Shown: positions 24,833-36,730, counted from the first letter of the stretch. The stretch: DNA of 64,000 bases from an uncultured Candidatus Rokubacteria bacterium (GCA_963762145.1 CAVXJS010000011.1:608001-672000); one strand, 5' to 3'. Numbers and translations: made by a program. Notes: generated from the sequence alone by a model not told the origin.

Positions 24833-25327
24833 ATGACGAGGCAACGACTGCTGTCCCTGGCCATCGGCACGGCACTGGTCTTCACCGCAGCCACCGCGGG
24901 CGCGCAGGCGCCGCCGCCTCCGCCGTATGGCCCCGGCATCACGCTCGACCAGGCGAAGAAGGCCATGGCGGGCGCGGAGGCGGAGGCCAAGAAGAACAAC
25001 TGGCCGGTGGTGATCACCATTCTCGATTCCGGCGGAAATCTCGTGATGTCCCAGCGCCTGGACGGGGCCCAGTTCGGCAGCGTCGAGGTCGCTCGCGACA
25101 AGGCGTACTCCGCCGTGGCGTTCCGCCGGCCCACGAAGGCCTTCGAGGACGGGCTCGCTCAGGGCGGCGCCAATCTGCGGCTACTCAATCTGAAGGGCGC
25201 GAGCATGCTCGACGGCGGGTGGCCGATCATCGTCGACGGCAAGATCGTCGGCGGGATCGGCGTGTCGGGCGTGACCGGGGCCCAGGATGCCCAGATCGGG
25301 AAAGCGGGCGTCGACGCCCTCAAGTAA
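24833..25327 (+). CDS. Secreted GlcG/HbpS-family heme-binding protein
   Basis: Signal peptide; motifs LDSGG, RLDGA, KAYSA, GGIGVSG, QDAQ. Confidence 0.85.
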   Translation: MTRQRLLSLAIGTALVFTAATAGAQAPPPPPYGPGITLDQAKKAMAGAEAEAKKNNWPVVITILDSGGNLVMSQRLDGAQFGSVEVARDKAYSAVAFRRPTKAFEDGLAQGGANLRLLNLKGASMLDGGWPIIVDGKIVGGIGVSGVTGAQDAQIGKAGVDALK

Positions 25328-25356
25328 GTTCTTAGCTATTGACGGCTAGCCCCTCA

Positions 25357-25390
25357 CCCCACCCTCTCCTCCCATCGGGAGAGGGTGGGG
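25357..25390. terminator. REP-like inverted repeat / bidirectional terminator
   Basis: Perfect 13-bp stem CCCCACCCTCTCC...GGAGAGGGTGGGG between convergent genes. Confidence 0.6.
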
Positions 25391-25394
25391 GAGA

Positions 25395-26597
25395 CTAGAA
25401 CTCGACCGGGAGGGCCTTGAGGCCCCGGAGCGTCGAGGACTCGCGCCACTCGAGGTCCGGGCCGGCGAGCCGGAGCTTCGGCATGCGCCGCATCAGCGCG
25501 CCCAGGGCGAGCTGGCCCTCCACCCGGGCCAGGGGGGCCCCAAGGCAGAAGTGGATCCCGAACCCGAAGGCGATGTGGCGGTTCTCACTGCGGCCGATGT
25601 CCAGCCGGTCGGGATCGGGGAAGTAGCGCGGATCCCGGTTGGCCGCGCCGATCGCGGTGACCACGAAGGCGCCCGCGGGCAGGGTCTTGCCGCCCACCTC
25701 CACCTCCGCGTTGGTGATGCGGGCGGTGCGCTGCACGGGGCTGTCGAAGCGGAGCAGCTCCTCCACCGCGGAGCCGAGCAGTCCGGGCGTCACGCGGAGG
25801 CGCTCCAGCTCGGCGGGATGCCGCAGCAGCGCCAGCAGGCCATTGCCGATCAGGTTGACGGTGGTCTCGTGGCCCGCGATGAAGAGCAGCACGCAGGTGG
25901 CAAGCAGCTCGCCCTCGGTGAGGCGGTCGCCCTGCTCCTCCACCGCGATCAGCGAGGAGAGGAGATCGGCGCGCGGGTGCCGGCGTCGCTCGGGCAGGAG
26001 CGCGCGGAAGTAATCCGCGATGCCCCGCCGCCCGACCCGCCCGCGCTCGATCACCGAGTCGTCCGAGGGGATCCCGATGGCGTCGAGGCTCCGGATGATG
26101 TCGGAGGACCACTCCCGCATCTGCTCGTGGTCGCCTTCCGGCACCCCCAGCATGTCGCAGATCACGGTGACCGGCAGCGGATAGGCCAGGTCGCCGATGA
26201 TGTCCATGTGGCCGCGCCCCTCGACCCGGTCGAGCAGCCGGTCCACCACGGCCTGGATCTGCCCGCGCATGCCCTCGATCACCCGCGGGGTGAACGCGCG
26301 GTTGACGAGCGCGCGCAGGCGCGTGTGATCCGGCGGATCGCGAAATAGCATCGACCGGGGCAGGCGGCCGGTCTCGGACTCCTCGCCGTACTGGGCGGCC
26401 AGGATGGCCTCGAAGCCGTCGCGCCCGAAGCGCGGATCGCGCAGTGACGTCACGCAGTCGTCGTAGCGCGTGAGGACCCAGAGCCCGAGCGGACTGAGGT
26501 GGACCGGATCGCTCTCGCGCAGGCGCCGGTAGAACGGGTACGGGTCGGCGTGGAACTCCGGCGTGAGTGGGTTGAAGATCGCTTCGTCCGCGGCCAT
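25395..26597 (-). CDS. Cytochrome P450
   Basis: AGHETT I-helix, EELLR (ExxR), and FGFGIHFCLG heme motif. Confidence 0.95.
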   Translation of the reverse strand: MAADEAIFNPLTPEFHADPYPFYRRLRESDPVHLSPLGLWVLTRYDDCVTSLRDPRFGRDGFEAILAAQYGEESETGRLPRSMLFRDPPDHTRLRALVNRAFTPRVIEGMRGQIQAVVDRLLDRVEGRGHMDIIGDLAYPLPVTVICDMLGVPEGDHEQMREWSSDIIRSLDAIGIPSDDSVIERGRVGRRGIADYFRALLPERRRHPRADLLSSLIAVEEQGDRLTEGELLATCVLLFIAGHETTVNLIGNGLLALLRHPAELERLRVTPGLLGSAVEELLRFDSPVQRTARITNAEVEVGGKTLPAGAFVVTAIGAANRDPRYFPDPDRLDIGRSENRHIAFGFGIHFCLGAPLARVEGQLALGALMRRMPKLRLAGPDLEWRESSTLRGLKALPVEF

Positions 26598-26604
26598 CGC
26601 GCGG

Positions 26605-27601
26605 TCAGCTCACCATCGGGTAGGTGCGCTCGATGTTGCCGAGGAGGCCCTGGCGCCACGGGCGGTAGTGCTGATACGCGGCGAACGCGGCCTCGTAGCG
26701 TGGGCGCCAGGCGCGCGGTCACGCGCTGCTTGACCTCGTCCAGGCTCGCCCCCGTCGCGGCTTCCTCGCGCACCGCCGCGACCATGTCGTGGATGTAGCC
26801 GCGGAAGATGCGCAGCCAGTCCCGGCCCGCCGGCTCGCCGTGTCCCATGATGAGCGTGTCCCACTCGAGCTCGGCGAGCCGATCCAGGGTCGTGACCCAG
26901 TCCTCCGGGTAGCCGTCGCCCATGAAGGGCGTCCAGCCGATGACCGCGTCGCCGGTGATGACGACCTTCTCCTTCGGCAGGTAGACGAAGACGTCGCCCT
27001 CGGTGTGGGCCCGGCCCAGGTAGAGGAGCTGGATCTCCCGGTCCCGCCGATAGAGCGTCATCGTCCGCTCGAAGGCCATCGTGGGCAGCGCGGGTTTCAT
27101 CGCCCGCACCTCGGCGAGATACGACTCGGCCAGGCGCAGGTCGGCCTGGAGCTTCGCGCGCGGCTCGGCGCCGGCCGCCGCGGCCAGCTCGGCGCGGAGC
27201 CGCGCGATCTCCGCGGGGACCTGGCGGACGTGGTCCTGGATGCGCTTGAGGCCCTTCTTGACCATGGCCTCGCGGGTGAGCTGGTTGGTGATGATCTCCG
27301 CGCCCGGGTACGCGGCGGGATAGACCTCGTTGCCGTGCCAGTGGTCCCAGTGAAAGTGGGTGTTGACCACGTAGCGCACCGGGCGCGCCGTGATGTCGCG
27401 GAGGCGGTCCACGATCACCCGCGCCGCGGAGGGCTTCGAGTGGGTGTCCACGATCACCGCCCCGTCGTCGCTCTCGATGATCGCGGTGTTGGAGTTCACC
27501 TTGTAGGCGGGAGCGGCGACCGCGACGTGGACGCCGTCGGCCACCCGGCGGAAGTCGAAGCGGGCGTCGCCGCCCGGGCCCTCGTGGCCGCAGCAGTCCA
27601 T
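26605..27601 (-). CDS. MBL-fold metallohydrolase (frameshift near 26700)
   Basis: Motifs [22 protein letters not shown]. True C-terminus is ...[11 protein letters not shown] at 26605. Confidence 0.85.
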
Positions 27602-27656
27602 GGCGGGATACTATGCGAAGGCGGCGAGTGGCTCAAGCCAGTCGCGGGAGGTCTCG

Positions 27657-29048
<1,392 letters not shown>

Positions 29049-29055
29049 CCCGCCG

Positions 29056-30243
29056 ATGCCGGACCCGATCGGGTCGATCTTCGGCGTGTTCCTGCGCCTG
29101 GGCCTCACGTCCTTCGGCGGCCCGATCGCGCACCTGGGGTACTTCCGGCGGGAGTTCGTCGAGCGACGCCGCTGGCTGAGCGAGGCGGCCTACGCGGACC
29201 TGGTGGCCCTCGGCCAGCTCCTGCCCGGGCCGGCGAGCAGCCAGGTGGGCTTCGCGGTGGGCCTCTCGCGTGGCGGGCTCGCGGGCGGGCTGGCCGCCTG
29301 GCTCGGCTTCACGCTCCCGTCCGCGGTGGCCATGGTCCTCTTCGCGCGGGGCGCTGCCGAGTGGAGCGGTCCGCTGAGCCGCGGAGTGCTCCACGGGCTG
29401 CAGGTGGCCGCGGTGGCGGTGGTGGCCCAGGCGGTGTGGAGCATGGCGCGGAGCCTCTGTCCGGATCGGCCGCGGGCCACCATCGCGGTGGCCGCCACCC
29501 TCATCGTCACCGCGGCTCCCACCGCGCTCGGCCAGCTCGGCGCGATCCTCGCGGGGTCCGTCGCCGGCGCGTGGTGCTGCCGCGGCGCGCCCGCGCTCGC
29601 GGCGCCCGAGCGCCTGTCGGTGCCGGTGCCGCGCGCCCACGCGCTGGCCGCGCTCGCCCTGTTCGCGATCCTGCTGGTCGGGCTGCCGATCGCCACGGCC
29701 GTCTCGCCCGTCCCGGCCCTCGCGGTGACGGACGCGTTCTACCGGGCCGGTGCGCTCGTCTTCGGCGGGGGACACGTCGTGCTGCCGCTGCTGCACGCCT
29801 CGGTGGTGGAGCCCGGCTGGGTGAGCGAGGACGCGTTTCTCTCCGGCTACGGCGCCGCCCAGGCGGTGCCCGGCCCGCTCTTCACGTTCGCGGCGTACCT
29901 GGGCGCGATCATGACCGCGCCGCCCGCGGGGTGGCCGGGCGCGGCGCTGTCCCTGGTCGCGATCTTCCTGCCCGGCCTGCTGCTGGTGCTGGGCGTGCTG
30001 CCGTTCTGGACGGCGCTCGGGCGGATGGCGCTCATGCCCGCCGCCCTGCGGGGCGTCAACGCCGCGGTGGTCGGCGTGCTGCTGGGCGCGCTCTACGACC
30101 CGGTGTGGACCAAGGGCATCGGGGGACCCGCGGATTTCGCGCTGGCCCTGGTGGCCTTCGCCCTGCTGGTGATCTGGCAGGCGCCCGCGTGGCTGGTGGT
30201 GCTGGTCAGCGCGGCGGGGGGCGCGGCCGTCTTCGGCCGCTGA
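29056..30243 (+). CDS. chrA: Chromate ion transporter
   Basis: Duplicated CHR motifs SFGGP/QLLPGP and VFGGG/QAVPGP. Confidence 0.92.
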   Translation: MPDPIGSIFGVFLRLGLTSFGGPIAHLGYFRREFVERRRWLSEAAYADLVALGQLLPGPASSQVGFAVGLSRGGLAGGLAAWLGFTLPSAVAMVLFARGAAEWSGPLSRGVLHGLQVAAVAVVAQAVWSMARSLCPDRPRATIAVAATLIVTAAPTALGQLGAILAGSVAGAWCCRGAPALAAPERLSVPVPRAHALAALALFAILLVGLPIATAVSPVPALAVTDAFYRAGALVFGGGHVVLPLLHASVVEPGWVSEDAFLSGYGAAQAVPGPLFTFAAYLGAIMTAPPAGWPGAALSLVAIFLPGLLLVLGVLPFWTALGRMALMPAALRGVNAAVVGVLLGALYDPVWTKGIGGPADFALALVAFALLVIWQAPAWLVVLVSAAGGAAVFGR

Positions 30244-30249
30244 GCCGCG

Positions 30250-33210
30250 TCAGGCGGTGGTCTCGGCCTCGGCGGCCCGCGTGGGATCGGTCATCTTGGA
30301 GAGGACCTCGCGGAGGGTGGCGAGACGGATCGGCTTCTTGACCACCATGTCGACGCCGTCCGGCTTCTCGCCCGCCGCGTTCATGAGGTCGCCGAAGCCG
30401 GTGAGCAGGATGATCGGCGTGTCGGGCGAGACTTCCTTGACCATCGCGGCGAGCTGATCCCCGCCCACTTCCGGCATGGCCCGGTCGGTGATGACGAGCG
30501 CGTAGCGGCCCGCCTTGAACTTCTCGAACGCCTCGCGCCCGTTGACCGCGGTGTCCACCGTGTGCCCGTCGCCCATGAGGTACTCGCTGAGCACGTCGCG
30601 GGCGATCGGCTCGTCGTCGACCACCAGGACGTGGAGCGGTCCGGAGGAGGGCGCCTGCGCCCGCTGCTGGACCTCGCGGGCGAGGCTGGTGTCGGCCGGC
30701 AGCAGGACGATGAACGTGGTGCCCTTGCCGACGGTGGACTCGATGTCCATGGTGCCGCGGTGGCGCTTGACGATGCCGTACACCATGGGCAGGCCGAGGC
30801 CGGTGCCCCGCTCGCCCTTGGTGGAGAAGAAGGGCTCCAGGCAACGTCGCCGGACGTCCTCGGTCATCCCGGTACCCGTATCGCTCACCTCCAGGAAGAC
30901 CTGGGGCACCCGCGGGGCGAGCGGCGTCTCCTCGCTCGCGGAGGCCTCGCGCATGCCGGTGCGGATGCGGATCAGGCCGCCTTCGGGCATCGCGTCCACT
31001 GCGTTGAAGATGAGGTTGGCGAGCATCTCGCGCATCTCGGACTCGCTGCCCAGGATGCGGGGCACCGGCCGCATGTCGGCCTCGACCAGGATGGTGCGGC
31101 CGCTGCCGAGGGCCTCGTCGCGCCAGCGGGGGCGGGTGAGGGCCACCGCCTGCTCCACCATCTGGTTGAGGGAGAGCGGGCGGTACGTCTCGCCTTCCTC
31201 GCGCTTGCGGTAGAACTCGCGCAGCCGGCTCACCACGCTGGCCGCGTCCTCCACGCCGGTCATGATCAGCTTCAGGTACTTGGTGGACTTGACCGCGTCC
31301 TGGAGGATCTCGGGGTGCTCGAGCAGCATCTCCGCGTAGCCGGAGATCGGCACCAGCGCGTTGTTGAAGTCGTGGGCGAGGCCGCTCGCCATCTTGCCGA
31401 CCGCGTTGAGCCGCTCCTGCTCGATGATGTGCCGCTGCGTGCGGTGCAGCTCGATAGCCACCGCGGCCTGCTTGGCGATGCCGTCGGCCAGGCGGAGGTC
31501 GTCCATCGTGAAGACGTGCGCGTCGCGCACCCAGGAGATGGCGAAGATGCCCAGGAGCTCGTCGCTGACCTGGACCGGCTGGATCAGGAGCGACGCCTGG
31601 GGCAGGAGCTGCAGCGCGGCCTGGTTGAAGCGCGGGTCCGTCTTGCTGTTGCTCGAGTGCAGCGCGGTGCGCAGCCGCTTCACGAGGTCGAGCAGCGGGT
31701 CGTCCGGGGCCAGAGGCAGGCCCGAGAGCGGCTCGCGCAGCTCGCGCGGCACGTGATAGCCCGCGAGGGGGATGAAGCGGTCGCCGCCGCCGGTCACGCA
31801 CCACGCCACGCCGGTGTCGGCCCCCAGGATACGCACCATTTCCCGGGTGGTCCGGCGGACCGCTTCGGGGAGATCGGGAGCCGAGCCGATGGCCTGGCTG
31901 ACCGCGAGCAGCGTCTCGGTCTGTTGCAGCCGCTGCTGGATCTCGTCGTAGAGCCGCGCCTTCTCGAGCGCCACCGCGGCCTGGGCGGCCAGCGTGGTGG
32001 CGAGGCGGATCTCCTCATCGGTGAACACGTGGAGGGTCTTGAGATGATCCAGGATCAGCACGCCCGCGGTCCGCCCCTGGTGGATGAGCGGGACCACCAG
32101 CGCGGACTTGGCCTGGAAGAGCCCCACCCAGCCCTGCGGGACGCGGGGGTCGCTGCCCGGGTCGGAGATGACCACCGGCTCCTGACGTCGCACCGCTTCT
32201 AGCAGGAACGAGGGCATCTCCTCGAGCGCGAGGGCCCGCAGGGTCTCGGCGCCGTCCGCACCGCGGGCCGCGCCGGCGCGGTCGGCGTGCTGCGAGCTGA
32301 CCGGGACCATGAGCTGGCCCGACTTGTCGCGCAGGAAGATCGAGCCGCGGTCGACCCGGCACGCGCGCGCCGCGCCGTGCGCGATGACCTCGAACAGCGC
32401 CTTCTGCTCGATCGCCGAGCCGATGGCCTCGGTCACCTCGAGCATCCGGTCGGTCTCCTCGGCGCGCTGCTTCACCGCCTTGAGGGCGTCGCGGAGCTGC
32501 TCGGTGGTGCGCTGCAGCTCCTGGGTGCGCTGCACCGAGCGCTGCGAGGTCGAGCTCGCCTCGGACATCGTGCGGCGGTGGCTGCGCCAGGCCGCGGGCA
32601 GGAGGATCAGGCAGAGGGTCCCGCCCGTGCCGAGCGCGATGTTCCAGGCGAGCACGCTCCAGCGCTCGTGGGCCTGGTCCATGCGCAGCGGGGCCTGGGA
32701 GAGCTCGACCACGCCGACCACGCGCCCGGCGCCCGGGCCGTACACGGGCACGAAGAGATCGGCCACGTTGGGCGAGACGAAGCTCTGGGCCTGCGCGTCG
32801 GGCAGGGCCACCGAGGAGAACCGCACCGCCACCCGGCCGCTGATGGCGTCGCGCAGCTCGTGGCCGTCGGAACGCTGGCCGATGAACCCGGACTGGACGG
32901 CCCACACCACCGTGCCCTGCGGGTCCCAGACCTTGATGTTGACGACGCCGGGCAGCTCCCGGACGAAGCGTGCGCTCTCCTCCGCCCAGCGCTTGGGGCT
33001 GCGCGCGTTCTGGCCCGCGAGCAGCTCGGGCAGCCCGCTCCGATCCACCGCACGCTGGGCGACCGCGGCGGTCTCGGTCCATTCCGGCTCGGAGACCGCC
33101 ATCTCGAGGAGCCACGACAGGCCGACCCCGAGCGCGCCGGTGAAGGCCACGATTCCGATGAGCCGCACCACGAGGGTGCGGGCGAGCCCGCGCAGGGTCA
33201 ACCGAGCCAT
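30250..33210 (-). CDS. Membrane hybrid histidine kinase (2 TM, 2 GAF, HisKA/HATPase, REC)
   Basis: Two GAF domains; LAHDFNN, NAVDAM, DTGTGM, GTGLGL; REC motif VVDDE...TDRAMP. Confidence 0.9.
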   Translation of the reverse strand: MARLTLRGLARTLVVRLIGIVAFTGALGVGLSWLLEMAVSEPEWTETAAVAQRAVDRSGLPELLAGQNARSPKRWAEESARFVRELPGVVNIKVWDPQGTVVWAVQSGFIGQRSDGHELRDAISGRVAVRFSSVALPDAQAQSFVSPNVADLFVPVYGPGAGRVVGVVELSQAPLRMDQAHERWSVLAWNIALGTGGTLCLILLPAAWRSHRRTMSEASSTSQRSVQRTQELQRTTEQLRDALKAVKQRAEETDRMLEVTEAIGSAIEQKALFEVIAHGAARACRVDRGSIFLRDKSGQLMVPVSSQHADRAGAARGADGAETLRALALEEMPSFLLEAVRRQEPVVISDPGSDPRVPQGWVGLFQAKSALVVPLIHQGRTAGVLILDHLKTLHVFTDEEIRLATTLAAQAAVALEKARLYDEIQQRLQQTETLLAVSQAIGSAPDLPEAVRRTTREMVRILGADTGVAWCVTGGGDRFIPLAGYHVPRELREPLSGLPLAPDDPLLDLVKRLRTALHSSNSKTDPRFNQAALQLLPQASLLIQPVQVSDELLGIFAISWVRDAHVFTMDDLRLADGIAKQAAVAIELHRTQRHIIEQERLNAVGKMASGLAHDFNNALVPISGYAEMLLEHPEILQDAVKSTKYLKLIMTGVEDAASVVSRLREFYRKREEGETYRPLSLNQMVEQAVALTRPRWRDEALGSGRTILVEADMRPVPRILGSESEMREMLANLIFNAVDAMPEGGLIRIRTGMREASASEETPLAPRVPQVFLEVSDTGTGMTEDVRRRCLEPFFSTKGERGTGLGLPMVYGIVKRHRGTMDIESTVGKGTTFIVLLPADTSLAREVQQRAQAPSSGPLHVLVVDDEPIARDVLSEYLMGDGHTVDTAVNGREAFEKFKAGRYALVITDRAMPEVGGDQLAAMVKEVSPDTPIILLTGFGDLMNAAGEKPDGVDMVVKKPIRLATLREVLSKMTDPTRAAEAETTA

Positions 33211-34955
33211 GAGGGACTCCCGTGACGCTCGTCGGCGGCGAGGCTGGCCAGCAGATCGGGCACGCGGTCTCCCGCGACCGGCCGCGCGAAGTAGTAGCCC
33301 TGGCCCTGATCGCAGCCGACCGTGCGGAGCTGGACGAGCTGGTCCTGGGTCTCGATGCCCTCCGCGGTGACCGTGATCCCGAGGCTGTGCGCGAGGCCGG
33401 ACACCGCCCGGATGATGGCGGTGTCCTCTGTCTCGTACCCCACACCCTTGACGAGCGAGCGATCGATCTTGAGGCAATCCACCGGCAGGCGCTTCAGATA
33501 GGAAAGGGAGGCGTAGCCCGTGCCGAAGTCGTCGATGGCCAGGCGTACGCCCAGAGCTTTGAGGGCATCGAGCCGGTCGAACATCCGCGGGTCGTCGCGC
33601 ATCAGGACGGCCTCGCTGATCTCGAGCTGGAGGCGGCGCGGCTCGAACCCGGTCTCACGCAGAATGGTGGCGACTTCCTCGGCGAGCGCGTCCCGCTCGA
33701 ACTGGCCCGCCGAGAGATTGACGCTGACGATCAACGGGGGCACGCCGGAGGCTTCCGCCTGCCAGGCTCGGGCCTGGCGGCACGCCTCACGGAGGATCCA
33801 GCGGCCCATCGGCAGGATCAGGCCCGTCTCTTCCGAGAGGCCGATGAAGTCGGCGGGCAGCAGCGCGCCGCGGCGCCGGTGATCCCATCGGACGAGGGCC
33901 TCGACCTCGACGGCGCGCATGGTGCCCAGCGCGATCACGGGCTGGAAGCGCAGGCTCAGCTCCTGCCGCGCGCCCGCGGTACGCAGATCGGCCTGCAGGT
34001 CCAGGCGCTCGCGGGTGGAGACGCTGAGGCCGGGCTCGTAGAGCTCGTACCGGGCGCGGCCCTCCGCCTTCGCCTGATACATGGCGAGGTCGGCGTTGTG
34101 GAGCACCTCTTCCGGCTGCATCGAACCGCCGCCGGTGAGGGCGACCCCGATGCTCGCCGAGATCAGGACGTCGCGTCCGTCCACGACGAACGGGCGCTGG
34201 ATCTCGGCGGAGACCTTCTCCGCCAGCGCGGTGGCGCCCCGGAGGTCGGAGGTGTCTTCCAGCAGCAGGGCGAACTCGTCGCCCCCCAGGCGCGCGACGG
34301 TGTCCTCGGGGCTCAGGCACCCGGCCAGGCGATGGCCGACCTCCACCAGGAGTCGATCGCCGACCTCCTGGCCCAGCGTGTCGTTCAGGATCTTGAAGCG
34401 GTCGAGGTCGAGGAAGAGGACGGCGAGATTGCTGCCGCCGCGCTCCGCCCGGGTCAGGGCGTGGGTGAGGCGATCCATGAAGAGGGCGCGGTTGGGCAGC
34501 CCGGTCAGGGAATCGCGGAACGCCTCGCGAATGAGCTGGTCCAGGCGGCGCGGGAACTCGTTGATCTCCTGGGACTGCTGCTCGATCGTCGCGAGCATGC
34601 GCGCGAAGGAGCTCATGAGGGTGCCGATCTCGTCCTTGCGAGACGGCTCCGCCGGCAGCTCCGGGCTCTGCTCGTTGCTGAGCTGCGCGGCCCGCGAGAG
34701 CGCGGTCGCGATGTCCCACACGATGAAGGCGCCGCCCGCCATGAGGAGGGCGGTGAAGGCGAGGAGCGCGGGAACGCTCACCGAGTCACTCAGGCCCACG
34801 ATGGGGCCCAGGAACTCGCGGACCGGGGCGTGGAAGGCGTAGGTCAGGAGGAGCAGCGGGATGATCGAGCACAAGGTGAGGGCGAAGATCACCTTGCGCC
34901 GGACCTGCTGTCCGGCGAGCGCCACCTCGCGATTGATCGAGCCCGGTTTGGTCAT
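33198..34955 (-). CDS. Membrane GGDEF-EAL c-di-GMP enzyme
   Basis: Motifs DSLTGLPNR, LDLDRFK, RLGGDEF, EALVRW, DDFGTGY, KID, EGIE, QGYY. Confidence 0.93.
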   Translation of the reverse strand: MTKPGSINREVALAGQQVRRKVIFALTLCSIIPLLLLTYAFHAPVREFLGPIVGLSDSVSVPALLAFTALLMAGGAFIVWDIATALSRAAQLSNEQSPELPAEPSRKDEIGTLMSSFARMLATIEQQSQEINEFPRRLDQLIREAFRDSLTGLPNRALFMDRLTHALTRAERGGSNLAVLFLDLDRFKILNDTLGQEVGDRLLVEVGHRLAGCLSPEDTVARLGGDEFALLLEDTSDLRGATALAEKVSAEIQRPFVVDGRDVLISASIGVALTGGGSMQPEEVLHNADLAMYQAKAEGRARYELYEPGLSVSTRERLDLQADLRTAGARQELSLRFQPVIALGTMRAVEVEALVRWDHRRRGALLPADFIGLSEETGLILPMGRWILREACRQARAWQAEASGVPPLIVSVNLSAGQFERDALAEEVATILRETGFEPRRLQLEISEAVLMRDDPRMFDRLDALKALGVRLAIDDFGTGYASLSYLKRLPVDCLKIDRSLVKGVGYETEDTAIIRAVSGLAHSLGITVTAEGIETQDQLVQLRTVGCDQGQGYYFARPVAGDRVPDLLASLAADERHGSPSWLG

Positions 34956-34978
34956 GTGGTCAGCCGGTGTGAAATCGA

Positions 34979-34993
34979 GCAAGAGCGGTGCCA
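34979..34993 (-). promoter_or_regulatory. Sigma54 (-24/-12) promoter of the GGDEF-EAL/kinase operon
   Basis: Minus strand TGGCACCGCTCTTGC (GG-N10-GC), 23 nt upstream of the ATG at 34955. Confidence 0.72.
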
Positions 34994-35222
34994 CGAAAGG
35001 GGGAAGCCAAGGGGCTGATAAGACGAGGGTGCAGCGAGTGCCGGACTTTAAAAAACGTCCATGCCGCCGACGATTTTCGTCAACGTGGACCTTTTCGCTA
35101 AGCCCTCGTTTCGCCAGTCACGATGCGGGTTTTCCCCAAACCTGTAACACGATGTTTGCCTCCCTCTGGACCAAGCTCAAGAAGCGCTCCGGCCCGCCCC
35201 TGACCCCGGCGCAGGCCGCGAA

Positions 35223-35432
35223 CCGCATGTGGCCGTCCGGACGCATCAGGCCCATGTCGCCGGTGTGGAACCACCCCTCGGTGTCGATGGCCCGCTCCGT
35301 CTCCTCGGGCCGCTTGTACTACCCCGGCGTGACGATGGAGCCGCGCACCAGGATCTCTCCCGGCACCGACACCGGCTGGTCGGCCCCCCGTCTCGGATCG
35401 ACGATGCCCACCTCGTAGCTGGGCCGGCCGTG
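35223..35432 (-). pseudogene. Acyl-CoA synthetase (AMP-binding) fragment
   Basis: PSYEVGIVDP...PGEILVRG...PG*YKRPEET...GWFHTGDMG. Internal TAG at 35319; both termini missing. Confidence 0.75.
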
Positions 35433-35522
35433 CACCAGGGAGCATTGGGAAACGGATGGGCTCGATAGCACCTTCGTCCCATAGACCCGTTCCACGTTGG
35501 ACGGCACTCTACTGCCACCAGC

Positions 35523-35720
35523 ATGAATCGCATCCTGGTGTACAACTTCGCCGCGACGCCCGCGGATGCTCCGGAGCTTGCCGGCCAGACTGCCGGTAGT
35601 CCCCCACAGACCGCCCAGGAGATCCAGGCGGGCCGCCAGCTGGGCGCCCAGATCGCCGGCCACCTGGCCCACGAGATCCGCGACATGGGCCTCGCCGGCG
35701 CGGAGGTCCCGATCGTGAGC
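35523..35720 (+). pseudogene. Gene fragment (DUF4410-like lipoprotein remnant)
   Basis: RILVYNFAATPAD...GRQLGAQIAGHLAHEIRDMGL, then degenerates. Family assigned by recall only. Confidence 0.4.
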
Positions 35721-35766
35721 ACCGGGATGAAGGCCTACGGCGAGCGGCGCCATCGCCGTAGGCCTG

Positions 35767-36045
35767 ATGATTGGCCTGACCCGGTCATTGGTCTATGTGC
35801 TGGTGGAACATCTCCATCCAGGGTCCTATCGCCTCGCCTCTACCGGAATACTGCAGGCCCCGGCGAAGGAGCTGCTCTATTTCAGCTATGTCACCCTGGC
35901 CACTCTCGGCTACGGGGACGTGGTCCCGGTGACCGACGGGGCGCGCTCGCTGGCCGTGCTGGAAAGCCTCTGCGGGACCATCTACATGGCGATCCTCGTG
36001 GACCGCCTGATCGGACTGCACCTGTCCCGCGCTTGGACGCCGTGA
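35767..36045 (+). pseudogene. Potassium-channel pore (Ion_trans_2) fragment or minimal ORF
   Basis: LLYFSYVTLATLGYGDVVP...LESLCG. N-terminal TM region appears to be missing. Confidence 0.6.
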
Positions 36046-36097
36046 GCCGGTTCGAAACCGCCAAAGGCCGTTGGACTCTGGCAACGAGGAGGCTGTG

Positions 36098-36703
36098 ATG
36101 CGCCACTTGAAAACGGGAGGCTTCTCGATTCTCACGCTCGCTCTCGTAGTCGCTACGTCGCTGGTGGTGGCCGCGCCCACGACAGGAGAAGCCGCGCCGC
36201 CCACGAAGGAAGAGATAGCGGAAGAGAAGAAGGAGATCCGCCAGAAGAGTAAGGAAATCCTCGCACAGCTCTACAAGGCGCAGCCGAACGCCAAGGCCAG
36301 CATCAACAAGGCTGCGGGCTACGCTGTCTTCAGCAACTTCGGCATGAAGATCTTCGTCGCGGGCAGCGGTAAGGGGAAGGGCGTCGCCGTGGACAACAAG
36401 ACCAAGAAAGAAGTGTTCATGGACATGCTCGAGCTCCAGGCCGGCCTCGGCCTGGGCGTCAAGAAATTCAATCTGGTCTGGGTCTTCGAGACTCCCCAAG
36501 CTCTCGCGACGTTCATGAATTCCGGCTGGGAGCTGGGTGGCCAGGCGAGTGCGGCCGCCAAGGCCGGCGGCAAGGGCGGCGCCTTCCAGGGTGCCATAGC
36601 TGTCGCGCCAGGCGTCTGGGTCTATCAGCTCACCGAGGCCGGCCTGGCGCTGGAGCTCACGGCGAAGGGCACGAAATACTACAAGGACGACGACTTGAAC
36701 TGA
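36098..36703 (+). CDS. Secreted YSC84/SYLF-related protein
   Basis: GAGGAGG RBS and signal peptide; AGYAVF, GSGKG, GLGLG, GTKYYKDDDLN C-terminus. Confidence 0.75.
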   Translation: MRHLKTGGFSILTLALVVATSLVVAAPTTGEAAPPTKEEIAEEKKEIRQKSKEILAQLYKAQPNAKASINKAAGYAVFSNFGMKIFVAGSGKGKGVAVDNKTKKEVFMDMLELQAGLGLGVKKFNLVWVFETPQALATFMNSGWELGGQASAAAKAGGKGGAFQGAIAVAPGVWVYQLTEAGLALELTAKGTKYYKDDDLN

Positions 36704-36730
36704 GCGCTCCCGCGCGGGAGAAGACCGAGA

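Noticed and set aside
34960-35150. c-di-GMP riboswitch upstream of the GGDEF-EAL gene
   Set aside because: No GEMM-type conserved stems or tetraloops recognised; the region is explained by a sigma54 promoter.
35319-35321. In-frame TAG as possible pyrrolysine or readthrough
   Set aside because: It replaces a Tyr (GYY) in a truncated ligase remnant; a simple TAC>TAG nonsense change.
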